DNA of 64,000 nucleotides from an uncultured Planctomycetota bacterium (lineage in GTDB: Bacteria > Planctomycetota > Planctomycetia > Gemmatales > Gemmataceae): positions 1 through 64,000 of the forward strand of contig CAWKHF010000001.1 in the NCBI GenBank assembly GCA_963849325.1. The letters are read 5' to 3'. The number at the start of each line of letters is the position of its first letter. Within the stretch, counting starts at the first letter, position 1. The notes beneath the pieces are model-generated. The model saw only the letters and a program-made list of their open reading frames with translations. It had not been told where the DNA came from and searched no databases. Both the position numbers and the translations under genes were made by a program. Below are positions 27,864 through 39,896 of the stretch, piece after piece.

Positions 27864-30800
27864 ATGGCCAGGAAGCCGCCTCCCAAGGACCAGCCCTCTC
27901 TCTTCGACACGCTTGACGACGCCGCCAACAACCTCAATCCTGACTCTGAACCCAGTAATGGAGAAAGCCATGCAATACAAGACGATAGTGCTCGAAATGC
28001 TCCAGCAACGCACGGAGTTGCACGAACAACTGCGAAAAGAACGCAAGCTCCTGACAACGATGGAGAATTACGCCAAGGAACTGAAGGCGAGCCACGAAGC
28101 CTGGAAGGAGACACTCGTGCAGTCCAGGCCGGGCAGCGACCCCAACCAGATTTCTTCGGAAGCGTTGGAACTGGCGATTCAGGAACTGGAGGATCGTTTG
28201 CCGAGCGAGTTGCCGAGCGTCGAGGACGAGCCGCTATCGCTGGACGCAGCAATGGCGTTCATCCGCAAAGCTTCGCCGAAAAAGTGAGGGCATCGCGGGG
28301 CCAGAAAAGCCTCTTCGACGCTGAGTACGCAACGCCCGAAACTTCCGATCCCACGACCGACTCCCCGCCCCCGCCTGCGACACCTCCTCCTGAAATACCC
28401 CCGTCCGGTATCGTCCGCTCCGATCCGCTTCCGGCCACCGCGATGGCCAGCGGGGAGAAGGCCAAGGCCCGCGACATCATCGCTGCGATCCGCGCCCTCA
28501 AGGTCATCGAGCAGGAGAAACGACCGGCCAATCCGCAGGAAAAGCAGATACTTGCCCTCTTCTCGGGCTTTGGGCCGGTGGCCCTCTCGATATTCCCCAC
28601 CCGGCATCTGGGAAATACAAGGATTCCGGATGGCAGACGCTCGGCGAGGAACTCAAATCACTGCTTACCCCCGTGGAGTATGAGAGCGTCCGGCGAACTA
28701 CCTTCAACGCTTTCTTTACCTCGCCCACGGTCATCGCCTCGATCCACGAGGCCATTGGCCGATTAGGTGTACCGGCTGGGGGTACCATTCTCGAACCGGG
28801 GTGCGGCGTCGGCAACTTCATGGCCCAGGGCAGCCCGGATCACCATTTCATCGGCGTCGAACTGGATTCCATTTCTGGCCGTATCGCCAAAGCCTTACAC
28901 CCCAAACACGACATCCGCATCGAGAACTTCCGCGACACCAGGCTGCCCGAGGACCGCATCGACGCCGTGATCGGCAACGTGCCCTTCGCCGACCTGAAAC
29001 TCGACTACCAAGGCCAGAAGCTGTCCCTGCACGACTTCTTCTTTGCCAAATCCATCGACGCCCTGCGGCCGGGCGGCGTGCTGGCACTGGTTACATCGCA
29101 TTTCACCCTGGACAAACAGAACGGCGCTCTCCGCGAGTATCTCGCTGAGAAGGCGGACTTCGTGGGCGCGATCCGGCTGCCATCGGATGCGTTCAAGCGG
29201 GAAGGAACCGCCGTGGTGACCGACATCGTGTTTCTTCGCAAGCGTGACCGGGGCGAACCAGCCCGCCACGTCGATCCCGACTGGCTGGGCATCGCACCGC
29301 TGGAGATCGATGGCGCAAAGGTTTCCGTCAACCGCTACTTTCTGAACCGTCCTCACATGGTCCTGGGGGCTTGGTCCCGCAAGGACACGCTCTACGGAGG
29401 CGAGGGTTACAGCCTGACCAGCACCGGCGACCTCCCCAGTCAACTCCGCCAAGCCGTAGATCGCCTTCCCCAATTCGCATCCATCCGGGCATCAGAAGTT
29501 GAGGACCACCCGGCCCCGGCCTTCACGCCCCCGCCGCCCGAGCGGCATATCGGCGAGGGCAGTTTCTTCGTCGGCGACGACCGCATCGTTTACCAGTCGG
29601 AGGGCGGGCAAGGCGTGCCCGTGGTCTATGGCGGAACGACGCTCAGGGCCGATGGCACGCTAACCGGCAAACGCCTGGCGGCGCTGGTCGAGCTGCGCGA
29701 CCGCGCCCGCCGCGTATTGCAATCGCAGAACGAAGGCTGGCCCGAGGACCACCGCGACCAGGCCCGCCGCGACCTCAACCGCAGCTACGACCGCTTCATC
29801 GCCGCCTACGGCCCGATCAACAAGACCACCTTTGGCGAAACCAAGGACGGCACGATCATCCGCCGAATGCCTAACCTCGTGAAATTCAAGGAAGACCCGG
29901 ACGCTATGCTGGTCATGTCGCTGGAGGACTATGACGAGGACACCGGAAAGGCGACCAAAGCCACCATCATGACCCGCGATGTGGTCGGCAAAACCCAGCC
30001 GATCACCAGCGTCCGCACCGCCGAGGAAGGATTGCTCGTCTCCCTGAACCAGCGCGGTATGGTCGATCTGCCGTTCATCGGGACTCTCTATGGCAAGACG
30101 AAAGCACAGATTGTCGCCGAGTTGGGTGATCTGATCTTTCCGGACCCGGAAGCGAAACGCTGGGAAACGGCCGACGCCTACCTGTCGGGCAACGTGCGGG
30201 TCAAGCTCGCCGCCGCCGAGCGTGCCGGGACGGCTTATGCCCGCAACGTCCGTGCCTTACGCGAAGTACAGCCCGAAGACCTGCTGCCCGGCGACATCGA
30301 CGCCAACTTGGGTGCGCCCTGGATACCGGAGTCCGACATCCAGGCGTTCGCGGCCGAGCTATTCCACGTCGATCCGTCGTCGGTTCCGCTTGCCCACCTG
30401 AAAAAGGATGCCGTCTGGAGCCTCGAGGCCGACTACGCCGCCAAGGCATCAGTGGCCGCGACCTCCGAGTACGGCACGGCCCGCGCCAACGGCACCTGGC
30501 TCTTGGATCTGGCCCTCAACATGAAAACGCCGACCATCTACGACACCATCCAGAACGGCGACCGCGAGGAGCGGGTCGTCAACCAGGAAGCGACGATGGC
30601 CGCTCGCGAGAAGCAGAAGCTCATCAAGGAACGCTTCCGCTCCTGGGTGTTCACCGATCCCGAACGGACGGAGCATCTCGTTCGCCTGTACAACGACAAT
30701 TTCAATAACTTGCGACCCCGGCTCTTTGACGGCTCCCACCTCGACTTCCCCGGCATGAATCAAGCCCTGACGCTTCGACCCCACCAGAAGGATGCCGTCT

Positions 30801-33469
30801 GGCGCGGCATGAGTTCGGGCAACACGCTGCTGGCCCACGTCGTCGGCGCGGGCAAGACGTTCACGATGGCCGCGACCGGCATGAAGCTCAAGCAGGCGGG
30901 GCTGGTGAAAAAGCCGATGTACGTGGTCCCCAACCACCTGCTCGAACAATTCTCCCGCGAGTTCATGCAGCTCTACCCGAACGCGAGGCTTCTGGTTGCA
31001 TCCAAGGAAGATTTGAGCCGGGAGCGCCGCAAGATGCTGACCGCCAAGATCGCCTCGGGCGAGTGGGATGGCATCATTGTCACGCATTCCAGTTTCGAGC
31101 GCATTGGCTTATCGTGGGAATACCAGGAGAAGTTCCTGACGGAGCAGATCGCCGAATATGACAAACTGCTGCGCGAGCACGCCGCCGACCGGGGTGCCAA
31201 CCGCAACCTCATCAAAACCATCGAGAAACAGAAGGCGGCGCGGGCCGAACGGCTCAAGGACCTGCTCGCCCAGGACAAGAAGGATGACGGCGTTCATTTT
31301 GATGAAATTGGTGTGGATCACGTCTTCATTGACGAGGCCCACTACTTCAAGAACCTTGAGACGCCGACCAAGATGGAGCGCGTCGCCGGTATCCAGACCG
31401 GCGGGTCCGAGCGCGCCTTCGACCTTTACATGAAAGCTCGCTACCTCGACGAACAGCACCAGGGGCACGGACTGACGTTTGCCACGGGGACGCCGATTTC
31501 CAACACGATGATGGAATTGTTTACACTCCAGCGATTCCTCGATCCGCACGGGCTGGAAAGTCGCGGCATCGAGCATTTCGACGCCTGGGCGGCCACCTTC
31601 GGCGAGGTCATCGACACCCTGGAAATCGCCCCGGACGGCGCGGGGCTGCGGCCCCGCAGCCGGTTTGCGAAGTTCACCAACCTGCCGGAACTCCAGCAGA
31701 TGTTCCGCTCGTTCGCGGACGTGCAGACCGCCGAGATGCTCAACCTGCCGCGTCCCCGCCTGCAAGACGGCAAGCCCATCGTCGTCGCCTGCCCCATGTC
31801 CGACGAACAGCACGAACTGCAACAGGAACTGGTCGAGCGCTACGAGCGATTGCGGTCGCAAAAAGTGGACCCGCGCGTCGATAACGCCCTCAACATCACC
31901 ACCGACGGCCGGAAGCTGGCCACCGACGCCCGCATGTTGTCGGCCACGGCACCGGACTTCCCCGAATCCAAGGTCAACCGCCTGGTCGAGAATGTCGTCG
32001 CCATCTGGAAGAAGACCGCTCCAAAGCGTAGTACCCAGATGATCTTCGCTGACATGGGCGTCAATCCGACCCCTTGGGGGTACTCACCCTATAGCGAGAT
32101 CATCGAGAAGCTGGTCGCCAGCGGCATTCCGCGTGAACAGATCGCCGCCATCGGCGACGCCGAGTCCGACGCCAAGAAGCAGGCTCTCTTCGAGAAGGTC
32201 CGGCAAGGTTCGGTGCGCGTGCTGATCGGCAGCACGCAAAAAATGGGTACGGGCACCAACGTCCAGAAACGCCTGGTCGCCCTGCATCACCTCGATGCCC
32301 CGTGGAAGCCAGCGGAGGTCGAGCAACGCGACGGCCGCATCCTGCGCCAGGGCAACGAAAACGAGGAAGTGGCGATCTACCGCTACGTCACGGAAGGTTC
32401 CTTTGACGCCGTGATGTGGCAGGCCCTGGAGACGAAAGCACGTTTTATCGGGCAGGTGATTTCGGGAGCCAACGCGCTGCGGCGTGCTGAGGACATCAGC
32501 GGCCAGGAACTTTCCTACGCCGAGGTCAAGGCCATCGCCTCCGGCAACCCGGCCGTGCTCACGCTTGCCGAGGCCGACGCCGAACTGCAACGCCTCACCC
32601 TGCTCAAGAAGAACCACCTGGACGAACAATACGTCGCCCGCCGCAGCGTGCGGGATCTGCCGGGCACCATCAAGAACCTCTCCGAACGGTTGTCGAAACT
32701 CTCGGCAGACGACGCCACCGCGAAATCCCATGCCACCGATCCGATGTCCATCGGCGGCCGCACCATCGCCCGCGACGCGATCAGCGAGATTCTCGGCGGC
32801 AAGCTCGACGGCTTGCCGAAGCACGTCCGCGAGACCACCCGCGTGCCGCTTGGCACCTACCGGGGTTTGCGTTTCGGCATGGTGCTGCACCCGCAGTTCC
32901 CGCCCGATGTCTTTCTCGAAGGCAGCATGACGCGCTTCACCATGCTGTCGCGCGAACACCAGGGACCGCGTGCTGTCCTCAACGCCCTCGAACGACTCGC
33001 CACCGGCTACGGCTCCGATTGCGACCGCACGCGGCAAGACCTTTCCATAGCCGAAGCCCAGCTACGCGACTACCACGCGCGACTCGGCAAGCCCTTCACG
33101 CTCGAAACCTACCTGACCGAACTGACTTCCTTACGCGACCAGCTCAAGGCGAGGCTTTCCGGCACGGGCCACGAGACGGGTCAGCACGACGGGCCGAGCG
33201 TTTCCGAACTGGCCGGGAGGATCAAGGCGCTGAAGGCCGCGAACAGCGTCGAGGCCACGCCTCAGCGTGTCCGGCCGAAGCAGTCCACCGCCGAGGAACC
33301 GATCACCTCCCGCATCCGCCGCCGGGCCGAGTCCATGCCCGCAGCTGGTTCAACGAACGACGCCGGTGCCATACCCGTGGCGGGTATCACCCAGCAGCAG
33401 TCGATGACGTTCCAGGAACGCCTGGCCCGCGAACGCCAAAACAAGAGCGACGGCCCAAGCCCTCCATAA
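27864..33469 (+). CDS. N6-adenine methylase / SNF2 helicase fusion (DarB-like), one frameshift at ~28599
   Basis: LEPGCGVGNF, IGNVPF, HVVGAGKT, IDEAH, ATGTPISN, QRDGRILRQGN. Adding one base at TTCCCC^AC joins the upstream frame. Alternative start at 28443. Confidence 0.88.
27970..28287 (+). CDS. TnpV-like helical protein overlapping the helicase N-terminal extension
   Basis: GGAG RBS; MQYKTIVLEMLQQRTELHEQLRKERKLL...SSEALELA. Confidence 0.6.
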   Translation: MQYKTIVLEMLQQRTELHEQLRKERKLLTTMENYAKELKASHEAWKETLVQSRPGSDPNQISSEALELAIQELEDRLPSELPSVEDEPLSLDAAMAFIRKASPKK

Positions 33470-33585
33470 TCGCAGGGTGGGCATTCTGGCAGAAGAACCC
33501 CCGCTCGGAATCCTCCTCTGGCTCTGGTGAACCGCTCGAAGGTCCGCCGCCTCTGTCGCGTTCCGCCGCGGGGGCGAGTTCTTGC

Positions 33586-33620
33586 GAACCCCCGCGACGA
33601 AACACTCCGACGGCGACGGT
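33586..33620 (+). repeat. 35-bp box, copy 2; its 5' part also recurs inverted at 33844-33856
   Basis: Matches 19229-19263; TTGCGAACCCCCG (33582-33594) and CGGGGGTTCGCAA form a perfect 13-bp IR. Confidence 0.7.
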
Positions 33621-33870
33621 GAACCTCTCGACGAGCAAAATACCTGTACGGATGTTTGGTTCGGCCTTTGATGCCTATGCTGAATTTGCTGGAAAGTGGT
33701 GCCGCAGCGGTAGATAATAACCCGGTTCGGCATCTGCGTGCCTTCCTTGGGCTGCGGCGCTCCAATGTGCGGCTTTCGCACAGGGCTCGGCTGAGCGGGG
33801 GTATCCTGTTTTTGGTGCAGAAGTGCCCGACAGTATCCCTCGTCGGGGGTTCGCAAAGGAGGTTTCAGAA

Positions 33871-35109
33871 ATGCTCCGTCGTTTCGTACCCAACCTGGGG
33901 GCAGTCCTGGTCGCCGGTCTGGCCGGGGTTCTGCTCCTCACCGGCCCCGCGCGAAGCGCGGACAAGGAAACCAAGCAACAGTTCGACAACTGGGCGAAGT
34001 CGATCAGCGCCCAGAACCCCGCCATCGTCATCGATGCCGGAACGAACCACTCGGTCACGCGGGTTGCCAAGTCCTCCTACCAGGTGGCGTTCCCCAAGCC
34101 GACCGGCTACCGCCCGCTCATGGTCAGCCCGCGTTGGGGTGGGACGAACCGACCCCTCGACTTCTCGGGCCTGACGCCGTGGGAAGCCTCGTTCTCCGAC
34201 CGGCGGTGGAAGGGCGTGATCGTCGGGCGCGATCCGAGCCCCGTCGGGGAGGGCAAGGCAGAGCCGATCGGCCTGCCCAGGTTCGAGTACAAACTGCTGC
34301 CGGAGGTGGAAGGCCAGCCGCGGCGCGTGAACCTGAAGTTCTGGCTCGCGAAGGACGTGAAGAACGAGAAGCCGAGTTGGGAATTCGAGGTGGCCGCCGC
34401 GGTGATCACGCCCATGACCGCGGCCGCGCTGGACGGCCGGCTGGGCCTCTTCACCCTGACCGCGATGGATGACGAGGGGGATGATGTCGGTGCGGCGATC
34501 CACCCGGCGCTCGACGGGCACCGCCTCGCCTACCGTCCAGCGCTGCTCGACCTGTTCGCCGAGGAGTCGCTCTTCTCGGAAAAGGACCGCATGTCGGAAG
34601 AAACTCTCAAGAAGCTGATGAAGCAGCAAGATAAGAACGACAAGGAGAAGAGCTTCTCTCTGTCGGCCGTCGTCGAGAACGCCTGGAAACTGGACGACGC
34701 CGGGCTGAAGGCCGTTGACGTGAACGGTGATCCGGGCAAGTCGGCCTTCAAGTTCGTCCATCGGCTGGTCTACGAGGGCGACGAAGGGAAGTACAAAGAG
34801 TTGCCGGTGTCCGGCCAGGTGAACAAGGAAGTCTTCGCCTCCCTGACCGATACCGAGAAGCAGTTGGTCCGCGAGTACAACGAGGCGGTGATCGTCCACC
34901 GGATCATCTACTGGGTTAAGCGGGAGATGATCGTTAATTTCGACCGCGACCAGAACTGGTCGAAGATGATCGACGAACTCGGTGACATCTACAAGTCGAA
35001 CCTCGACAAGAGCATCGACGCCGCCGTGCTGGCGAAGGCGTCGTCGAAATGGGCGAGTGACTACACCGGTAAGGATAGCTCGCTGCCCAAGGAGATGAGG
35101 CTGAAGTAA
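33871..35109 (+). CDS. Secreted/periplasmic hypothetical protein
   Basis: Signal peptide MLRRFVPNLGAVLVAGLAGVLLLTGPARSA; AGGAGG RBS; strong GC3 bias. Confidence 0.8.
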   Translation: MLRRFVPNLGAVLVAGLAGVLLLTGPARSADKETKQQFDNWAKSISAQNPAIVIDAGTNHSVTRVAKSSYQVAFPKPTGYRPLMVSPRWGGTNRPLDFSGLTPWEASFSDRRWKGVIVGRDPSPVGEGKAEPIGLPRFEYKLLPEVEGQPRRVNLKFWLAKDVKNEKPSWEFEVAAAVITPMTAAALDGRLGLFTLTAMDDEGDDVGAAIHPALDGHRLAYRPALLDLFAEESLFSEKDRMSEETLKKLMKQQDKNDKEKSFSLSAVVENAWKLDDAGLKAVDVNGDPGKSAFKFVHRLVYEGDEGKYKELPVSGQVNKEVFASLTDTEKQLVREYNEAVIVHRIIYWVKREMIVNFDRDQNWSKMIDELGDIYKSNLDKSIDAAVLAKASSKWASDYTGKDSSLPKEMRLK

Positions 35110-35261
35110 TTGATTGTCGCGCTCAGCCCGTTGTGCGCGCTGCGCCGACGGGCTGTTCGTTTCGACAATCGGTCGCAACCGACAAGTGAGCGGTACAGAG
35201 GTGATCTTTGGCATTCTGCCCAGGATGCCAAGGTAAATGACGCCGACAGTGGGAACCGAAC

Positions 35262-38200
35262 GTGGATGAAATCAATGCATTAATCACCCGATTGGCGATT
35301 ATCACGCCGGTGGTAACCCTGCAAGGGCAGGTCGTAGACATTGCTTGCGAGGCCTATGGCGACGAAGGAGTGCGCCTGGTGCGCGAGCGGTTGAGAACAG
35401 CAAGAGACGAGGGAGCTTACACGAATGCGTCTCTTGGCAGAACGATTAACGTGAAGAACACGACGGTCATGAGTTGGCTCGGCCAGCGTGCCGGCGACCT
35501 AACCCTCAATCACTATCTACAGCTTTGCATTGTGATGGGGGTAGAACCAGCGGCCTTGATCCCCGAAGCAATCGAACTCGAAAATGAGTTCATCCGGGCT
35601 GCGATGAACGAGGTCAATAGAGCATCGCCACAACATGCGGAGCCGTTGGAACCTGGGCAGTACCCGAACTACACGGCATCTCGGGAACATTGGGAGCCAG
35701 TCGAAGAACTCGCTCTGTACCTGTTAAACCGTGCCATCGGTGAAGAACTGTCGGCGGTGGGCATCGAAACCCCGACTGAAGAAATCCGCTGGCTCTCAGA
35801 GTTGGGCATCGCCCCCGACGAGCCACCCTCCTGGGATGTCATTCGCGGACGGGCAGAATCCCGTTCGGCCGGAAGCGCGGGCGTGCTGGGGCATCTGGCG
35901 CTGTCGTGCATGCGGGAGTTGATCGCGGCTAATCGTGCCACCTTGTTGCTCGCTTTACACGAGGCCGCTTGCGGAAAGGATGCCGGCCGCGAACGCTTCC
36001 AGGAGCATCCGTTCGCAGTTCGCCAGTTTTTGGAAGCGGGTGTGCCGGCCGGACGCGGAGTGGCTCGGGCAGCGGTCATCGTTCTGGCAAGATTGTGCGA
36101 CAACAACATGGATACCCGCGACCCGGACGTGACATATCGTGTCCGCCTTGGCCTCGACGAATTCTTTCTGAGGGATTCCCCGAACGAGTCGGCTTCTATC
36201 GTGTATTCAGACGACCGGCTTTTTGGGGTGCTCGACCGCCTCGACCGCATTTCCGATTTCGGGTTCGAGACACAGACGGACCTGTTCGTACGTTGGCTCG
36301 CGGCGATGAGCCTGCTCGCCGAGTACGAGACCCTTCGTTTGGTCTCCCAGGACTTTCTTGAGTACCACTTCCCGGAAATTCACGACCTTGTTTTTAACCC
36401 ATACGGGTTTGAGCGCGAACCGCCGGGTTCGCTTAACCAGCGCGAGCGCGCGACGCAGTCCCTCGCGTTCTGGTTGCGAGCCGCGGGGGAGGCTCGCAGG
36501 CCATCCGAAGTGCCCCAGGTTCTCCGATCAGCGTCGGTCGTGCTTGGCACCCTTGACGAACTTCGTCGAGCGCAGGCTCCTGGTCATCTCGCAGCGTTTG
36601 ACGCTTCGGCCGCGTGGGGGTACTTCGCTTGGACGATGGCGGCGTTGGCTCGCTGCCTCGCACCTGGCGTTCATCGGGTTCGTGTCGTCGGACAAATGGT
36701 TCCGCAACTGGAAATGTTCTCCGGTCGAATGGCGATCAACGAACGCGCCGCGCCCAAACCAGAACGAGGTCCACCCGATCCGTTTTGGCGATGGTGGCCC
36801 GACTGGAGAGGCCATGCCCCTCGGTACGAGTGGGCTCGTCATCCGCTGCACCGACCCCAACCCTCTGGACAGAGACACGAGAAGCGGGCGGCGATGGCGG
36901 CACGGGTTGGATTGGCGATCCCTGTTTGCCGACCCTGTGCCACTCGGCGGCCTGCCCGTCCCCGCGTCGAGTACCGTTGGTCTGACTGCTGGCGATTGGC
37001 AGCTTTCACCGGCAGCATACGCCGAAATTGGGGGCGTTCCCACACTCGACGAATGGGCCTCGTTGCTGCCGCCGGAGACAGCCTTTCTCGGCGCTTACGA
37101 GTTGCCCCATTCCCACCGCCCCGTCGTGACCTTTGCTGTGCGCTTGGGAGACCGTGTAATCGTCGATGCGGTCGCGGGAGACCCCGGCCCTACGGCTTCA
37201 TCCGACGATCTGCGAGCAGTCGGGCTGCCGGAAGACCTTCGGCTTTCGGTCGCGCATGTACGGGCGCGTACAGTACTACCAGGCTTGCGGTCATGCGTGG
37301 GACCAGTACGGGCACGGGAATCTCGATGTTGCGTTCCTGGCCCGCGACTTGTGCAGTTCGCTCACCCGATTTCACGAGCAGGAGATCAACTCTGAGTATG
37401 GGGTACTCATCGACGAAGTGATGGAGCGGATCGGGCGGCAACTCTCTGTTCCTCAACGCCAAGCGCTCGCCGGTGTGGACCTGGTCTATTGCCCGCGCGG
37501 CCCACTGGCGGCGGCGGCTCCGGCACTTGTCGGCCAGCATCATCGATTGGGCAAGAGTTTCCGATCGATCACCGCAACGCCCTCGCTGGGTTTTTTCGGC
37601 TTGATGCACCGCCGGGCCGGCGGTTGCGCTGTTGGTCCCACCCCAAGGCTCAATGTCGCGTCGTGGTTTCCGGTTCCGGCCGACCGCAGCAACCCCGCTC
37701 ATCTACTGGTATCACGCGCAACTGGAGAACTCGCAGAGTTGACCGATCTCTGGCTTGCGGCCGACTCGCCAATGGCGACCATCCACCGCACTGGCCAAAT
37801 GACCGATGAAGGCAACTGGAATTTGGTGCTCGCGCACGGTCAGAACTTTCCGACATCGGTCCAGTTGGCAAACGGCCTTTTCCCCATCGACCTGCCGCCT
37901 TGTCAAGCGACCCAGGCAGGGGAAGATCAGGGTGGCTCCGTCATGTTTCTGCTGTCGTGCGTGGCTGGCCGTATGACGCAAACGGCACCGTTCGTAGACT
38001 CGTTCGGCTCGATCACTGACGAGGTACTCCTGTCGTTTTGCCTATCGGATCGGCTGTCGAGACAGCCAAGCCTCGTCGGCTCCTTCACGCAAGTTGTCGA
38101 AGCACATGCGGCCGTCGATCTCGGGATCGACCTTGTTCGCACTCGGTTGACCGACGGGGGCGATACTCCGTCGTGGTGCCAGTTTGCTCGCGCCCTGCAA

Positions 38201-38450
38201 CGGCTTGTGCGTGATGAACTGGCCAGCGGCCCGGCCTCGGGGCTACTCGACACCGGCGTTGACGGGGTTGCGCTCTCCCGATGGGCGCGCACCCGGCCTA
38301 CGGATTTTCTCCGGTTGTACGCATGCCTCCACTTCCGGCTGATCGGCTGCGAGCCTCGGTTGCTCTCGCAGCGCCCTCACCTGCCACTCTCTGACGGCCC
38401 GTGCGTGGGCCGCACACGGCCTCCAGGTCACGGCTTACGCTTGACATGCG
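35262..38450 (+). pseudogene. HTH-...-CHAT (caspase-like) protease, frameshifted (~36750, ~37200); end approximate
   Basis: N-terminal XRE-like HTH; C-terminal LVYCPRGPL, ITATPSL, LVLAHG (His) and FLLSCVAG (Cys). Confidence 0.6.
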
Positions 38451-38478
38451 TGATGCCCGTGCGTGTGGAGGTCGTGGC

Positions 38479-39078
38479 ATGTTGTCCCGCACCATCAAAC
38501 CAGTCATCGAAGTGGCCGAGCTTCTCTACGGCACCTTCACTTCACGGTTTAAACGGGAACTACCGCAGCCGGTCATCACCGTGCAGACCAAAGGGCGCAT
38601 GCAGCGCACGCGCGTGGTTCTGGGCGGATCGGTGGCAGAACTCGGAGCCCGGCGCATCCCCGAGATCAACCTCTGTGCCGAGCACGTGCGGGACGGCCTG
38701 AAAGAACTGGCCCACTCCGTGTTGCACGAAATGGTGCATTACGCCAACTGGCTCGACGGTATCCGAGACTGCTCGTCGAGCCAATACCACAACCGTCACT
38801 TCCGAGCGGGTTGTGAGGCGGTCGGCCTGATTTGCGAGAAACACCCCCGGAAGAGGTACGGATGGGCTGCGACCCGCCTGTCGCCGGAGTTGGAATCTTT
38901 CGTGGATGGGCTGGGGATCGACGAGGAGCGACTCGGATTGAGTCGGATCAGCGCTCTTGGGTCACGCCGGCCCGGCTCGAAGCTCAAGAAATGGACATGC
39001 GGCTGTAGCAACCTGTGGGCTGCCGTCGAGATCGATGCATCCTGCAACCGCTGCGGTGGGCCGTTCCGAATGCCCTGA
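38479..39078 (+). CDS. SprT-like zinc metalloprotease with C-terminal Zn ribbon
   Basis: EINL, VLHEMVH, YHNRHF, CGC...CNRC. Probable compensating indels at ~38600-38655 (WFWADRW sits in another frame). Confidence 0.8.
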   Translation: MLSRTIKPVIEVAELLYGTFTSRFKRELPQPVITVQTKGRMQRTRVVLGGSVAELGARRIPEINLCAEHVRDGLKELAHSVLHEMVHYANWLDGIRDCSSSQYHNRHFRAGCEAVGLICEKHPRKRYGWAATRLSPELESFVDGLGIDEERLGLSRISALGSRRPGSKLKKWTCGCSNLWAAVEIDASCNRCGGPFRMP

Positions 39079-39089
39079 AATGGCAGTGG

Positions 39090-39896
39090 ATGCCTGTGCG
39101 GAGTCTGCACAGGTCGCTCCTTCTCAACGCGTATCTTGCTCGTGGAGTCAAGCCAATCGGGATGTCAGAGATGGACCTGTTACCTGTAGCCGATGCGGTT
39201 CGTGTTGCCCTAAAGCAGGCCGGCTTGGAGGCCCGCGTTCAAGCGACCGCCGACGACCACGTCGATGTACGGCGTGGGGACGCGGGCGGCCAGCTCGCCC
39301 TCGGCACCGCGGCCGTGGTCCGCATGGTCGCGGCTCGCGTGTCGCTTCGCCCGGCCTCAAACGACGCCACCGAGGCGGCCCGATGGCTTCGCGAAGAGTG
39401 TGGATTAGCGGTCACGGAAGCCGAACTCGACCGCCACTTGCCTGCCCATGTCGGCTGGCGGCTGGTCTACGAAGTGCCGATTAGCGGCCGATGGCTTTGC
39501 CTCGAAACGCCACGCCTCGGGCGCTGCCGCCTCGGTCAAACCCGGCCGCTGGCACCCAACCCGGAGATTCAACGCATGAGTGACAACGACGCCCCGCTCC
39601 CAGCCGATGTGCAACTGGCCGTCAAGAAGGTCCAGGAACTTTTCGACTTGGACCCGAACCGGCTACCCGATCAGTTCGCCGAGTTCGTCCGGTGGGAACT
39701 CCAACGGCGGGCTCGTGATTTCACGGACGACGCAGTGTTGACCGCTGCCCAACTGAACGATCTCTCTGACCGGCTGGCCGCCTTGGAGCGGTGGATGGCC
39801 CAGTACACGCCCCACTTGGAAAGGCTTGCCCGGACAGTTCGCCCGACCAAGTGTGACATCCCTCTGAACGGCACCCCAAAGGAGGACGACGTATGA
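39090..39896 (+). CDS. Hypothetical protein with C-terminal coiled coil
   Basis: ORF whose stop overlaps the next ATG. Confidence 0.55.
   Translation: MPVRSLHRSLLLNAYLARGVKPIGMSEMDLLPVADAVRVALKQAGLEARVQATADDHVDVRRGDAGGQLALGTAAVVRMVAARVSLRPASNDATEAARWLREECGLAVTEAELDRHLPAHVGWRLVYEVPISGRWLCLETPRLGRCRLGQTRPLAPNPEIQRMSDNDAPLPADVQLAVKKVQELFDLDPNRLPDQFAEFVRWELQRRARDFTDDAVLTAAQLNDLSDRLAALERWMAQYTPHLERLARTVRPTKCDIPLNGTPKEDDV

Noticed and set aside
33865-35214. Long antisense ORFs (also 17814-19367, 1152-2447, most of 61357-62304)
   Set aside because: Typical high-GC shadows of real genes on the opposite strand.
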